A DNA stretch of 64,000 bases from an uncultured Verrucomicrobiae bacterium. GTDB taxonomy: Bacteria > Verrucomicrobiota > Verrucomicrobiia > Chthoniobacterales > Terrimicrobiaceae. Below the pieces are notes generated by a model. It was not told the origin of the DNA and did not search any database. It saw only the letters and a program-made list of their open reading frames with translations. Positions 62,703 through 64,000 of the stretch are shown here, piece after piece. Each line of letters begins with the position of its first letter. Position 1 is the stretch's first letter. A program made the position numbers and the translations under genes. The stretch covers positions 448,001-512,000 of the forward strand of contig CAVPOC010000003.1 of NCBI GenBank assembly GCA_963706955.1. The letters run 5' to 3'.

Positions 62703-63158
62703 ATGACTATCGCCGAACTCAAGAAACTGTCGCAGCAGGAACTCGATGACCTTTTCCGTCAAAAGCCAGCCGGCCCGATTCCAAATGGTGAAGCGAAGGG
62801 AACTGCGCTCGTCCTTCCGGGCACGGCGGTCACCAACATTATCGCCGACCTCATCCGAATCAAAATTTGGAAAGGCAAAGTCTTCGAGAGAGATGCCAAG
62901 AACTCGGATCGCGGCGTTCTCAAGAACAAGATCCTTCCACTCGGCCACCAGGCGATCGAAGCAAATGTTTACAAGGACAAGAGCTGGTTCGATGGCAAGG
63001 AGTGCGTCGTCCTCGATTACTCGAAGACCTCTTTGATCGCGAAAAAAATCCGGGACGAGATTCGGGAGATTCAGCCCGGTTTCTACCTGGGAATTGTCTA
63101 CTGGGGCAAGAAACGCACCATCGGCTTTGCGTTGGAATTCCCTACTTCACGCACTTAG
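62703..63158 (+). CDS. Conserved hypothetical protein (151 aa)
   Basis: Well-formed ORF between the dihaem and catalase-like genes; motifs ELDDLF, WKGKVF, SWFDG..C.VLDY, IRDEIRE..PG.YLG. Confidence 0.8.
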   Translation: MTIAELKKLSQQELDDLFRQKPAGPIPNGEAKGTALVLPGTAVTNIIADLIRIKIWKGKVFERDAKNSDRGVLKNKILPLGHQAIEANVYKDKSWFDGKECVVLDYSKTSLIAKKIRDEIREIQPGFYLGIVYWGKKRTIGFALEFPTSRT

Positions 63159-63197
63159 CCAGAAGCGCTCCGCCAGATCCGAGTTGATTTTTCCACC

Positions 63198-64000
63198 TTG
63201 AGTTCAAATCCGAGTCGCTCAGCGCCCCGAGCAAACACAGGCTCCGCGTTTTTGAATCGCTTGAGCGACTTTTTTACGCGGATGCTGCAGCTCGAGCGCC
63301 GCTTCGATCCGTTTATCCGTCCCGCTTTCGACGCTCTCTTACGCGATCCGATTGCCGAGATGACGACGGCACTTATTAACCGTAAGCGGCCAAACGACGG
63401 CCTGAAGATCGCCGAGGAAAAGACAATGCCTGGCGAAGAGGAATACCTCGACTCGATCGTTTCAAGCTTCACCAAGCAGATGCATCTGCTGTGGAAATCG
63501 GGAGCGTTCGAGCGAGGTGGCAATACCAAGACACATGGAATCGTGCGGGGTGAATTTATCGTTCACCAAGACCTTCCGCCAGCGCTGCGGCACGGCATTT
63601 ACGCTGAGCCGAAAACTTATCGCGCCTGGGTGCGCTTCTCCGGTCCAGGACCCTACATCACTCCAGATATCGAAGATGTTGGTTTCATGAGCATCAGCAT
63701 CAAACTCATGGGAGTGCCCGGGCCGAAGCTAATGGACGATGAAAAGTTTACCCAGGATATGTTCGGCGTTTCCACACCAACTTTCGTGACCCCGGACACC
63801 AAAGCTAATGCCCAGTTGCAAATTGAGAGCGTAAAGAACGCACAAATCTTCTACTTTCTTAACTTTCGCCGGCCCCACGTGCTGGACCTGATCATGCAGT
63901 CCTTGTGGATCAAGACGCAGAGCAGTCCTTTGGAAGCTCCCTACTTCAGCTGCGTGCCCTATTTGCTCGGCGAAGGGCAGGCGATGCAATATTCAATTTG
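63198..64000 (+). CDS. Catalase-like haem-fold protein (partial, runs off window; not in the ORF track)
   Basis: Open frame from TTG 63198 to window end: RGGNTKTHGIVRGEF, LRHGIY, AWVRFS, IKLMGVPG.KL, TQD, PTF, SPLEAPYFSCVPYLLG...MQYS. Confidence 0.82.
   Translation, partial: MSSNPSRSAPRANTGSAFLNRLSDFFTRMLQLERRFDPFIRPAFDALLRDPIAEMTTALINRKRPNDGLKIAEEKTMPGEEEYLDSIVSSFTKQMHLLWKSGAFERGGNTKTHGIVRGEFIVHQDLPPALRHGIYAEPKTYRAWVRFSGPGPYITPDIEDVGFMSISIKLMGVPGPKLMDDEKFTQDMFGVSTPTFVTPDTKANAQLQIESVKNAQIFYFLNFRRPHVLDLIMQSLWIKTQSSPLEAPYFSCVPYLLGEGQAMQYSI

Overview
GC-rich bacterial chromosomal window, most consistent with a soil Verrucomicrobiota (Chthoniobacterales-like) genome; this is an inference from gene content, repeat style and C-rich non-Shine-Dalgarno leaders. 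About 45 protein genes are supported. They include three sugar ABC systems with an RbtD-like dehydrogenase and two Gfo/Idh/MocA oxidoreductases, a full-length Lhr helicase, several signalling proteins, lpdA, pyc, an amylosucrase-like GH13, ada, an adenylate cyclase, a DGPF/ECF-sigma pair, glgX and a GH16-like protein. I found no rRNA, tRNA, CRISPR array, transposase or integrase. Intergenic DNA holds one ~200-bp MITE (CTAG duplication) and two families of REP/REPIN-like palindromes. Several genes carry single-base indels, densest at 45.8-50.1 kb, that look like long-read consensus errors. Best candidates for uncharacterised biology: (i) a right-edge operon of a RoxA-like dihaem protein, a small conserved protein and a catalase-fold protein lacking the distal His; (ii) a REC-glutaredoxin-like-TrxR-like flavoprotein without CxxC, coupled to a kinase built from two complete cNMP-HisKA-HATPase modules; (iii) a LysM L,D-transpeptidase homologue lacking its catalytic Cys. 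All family assignments come from motif recognition by eye, with no database searches.
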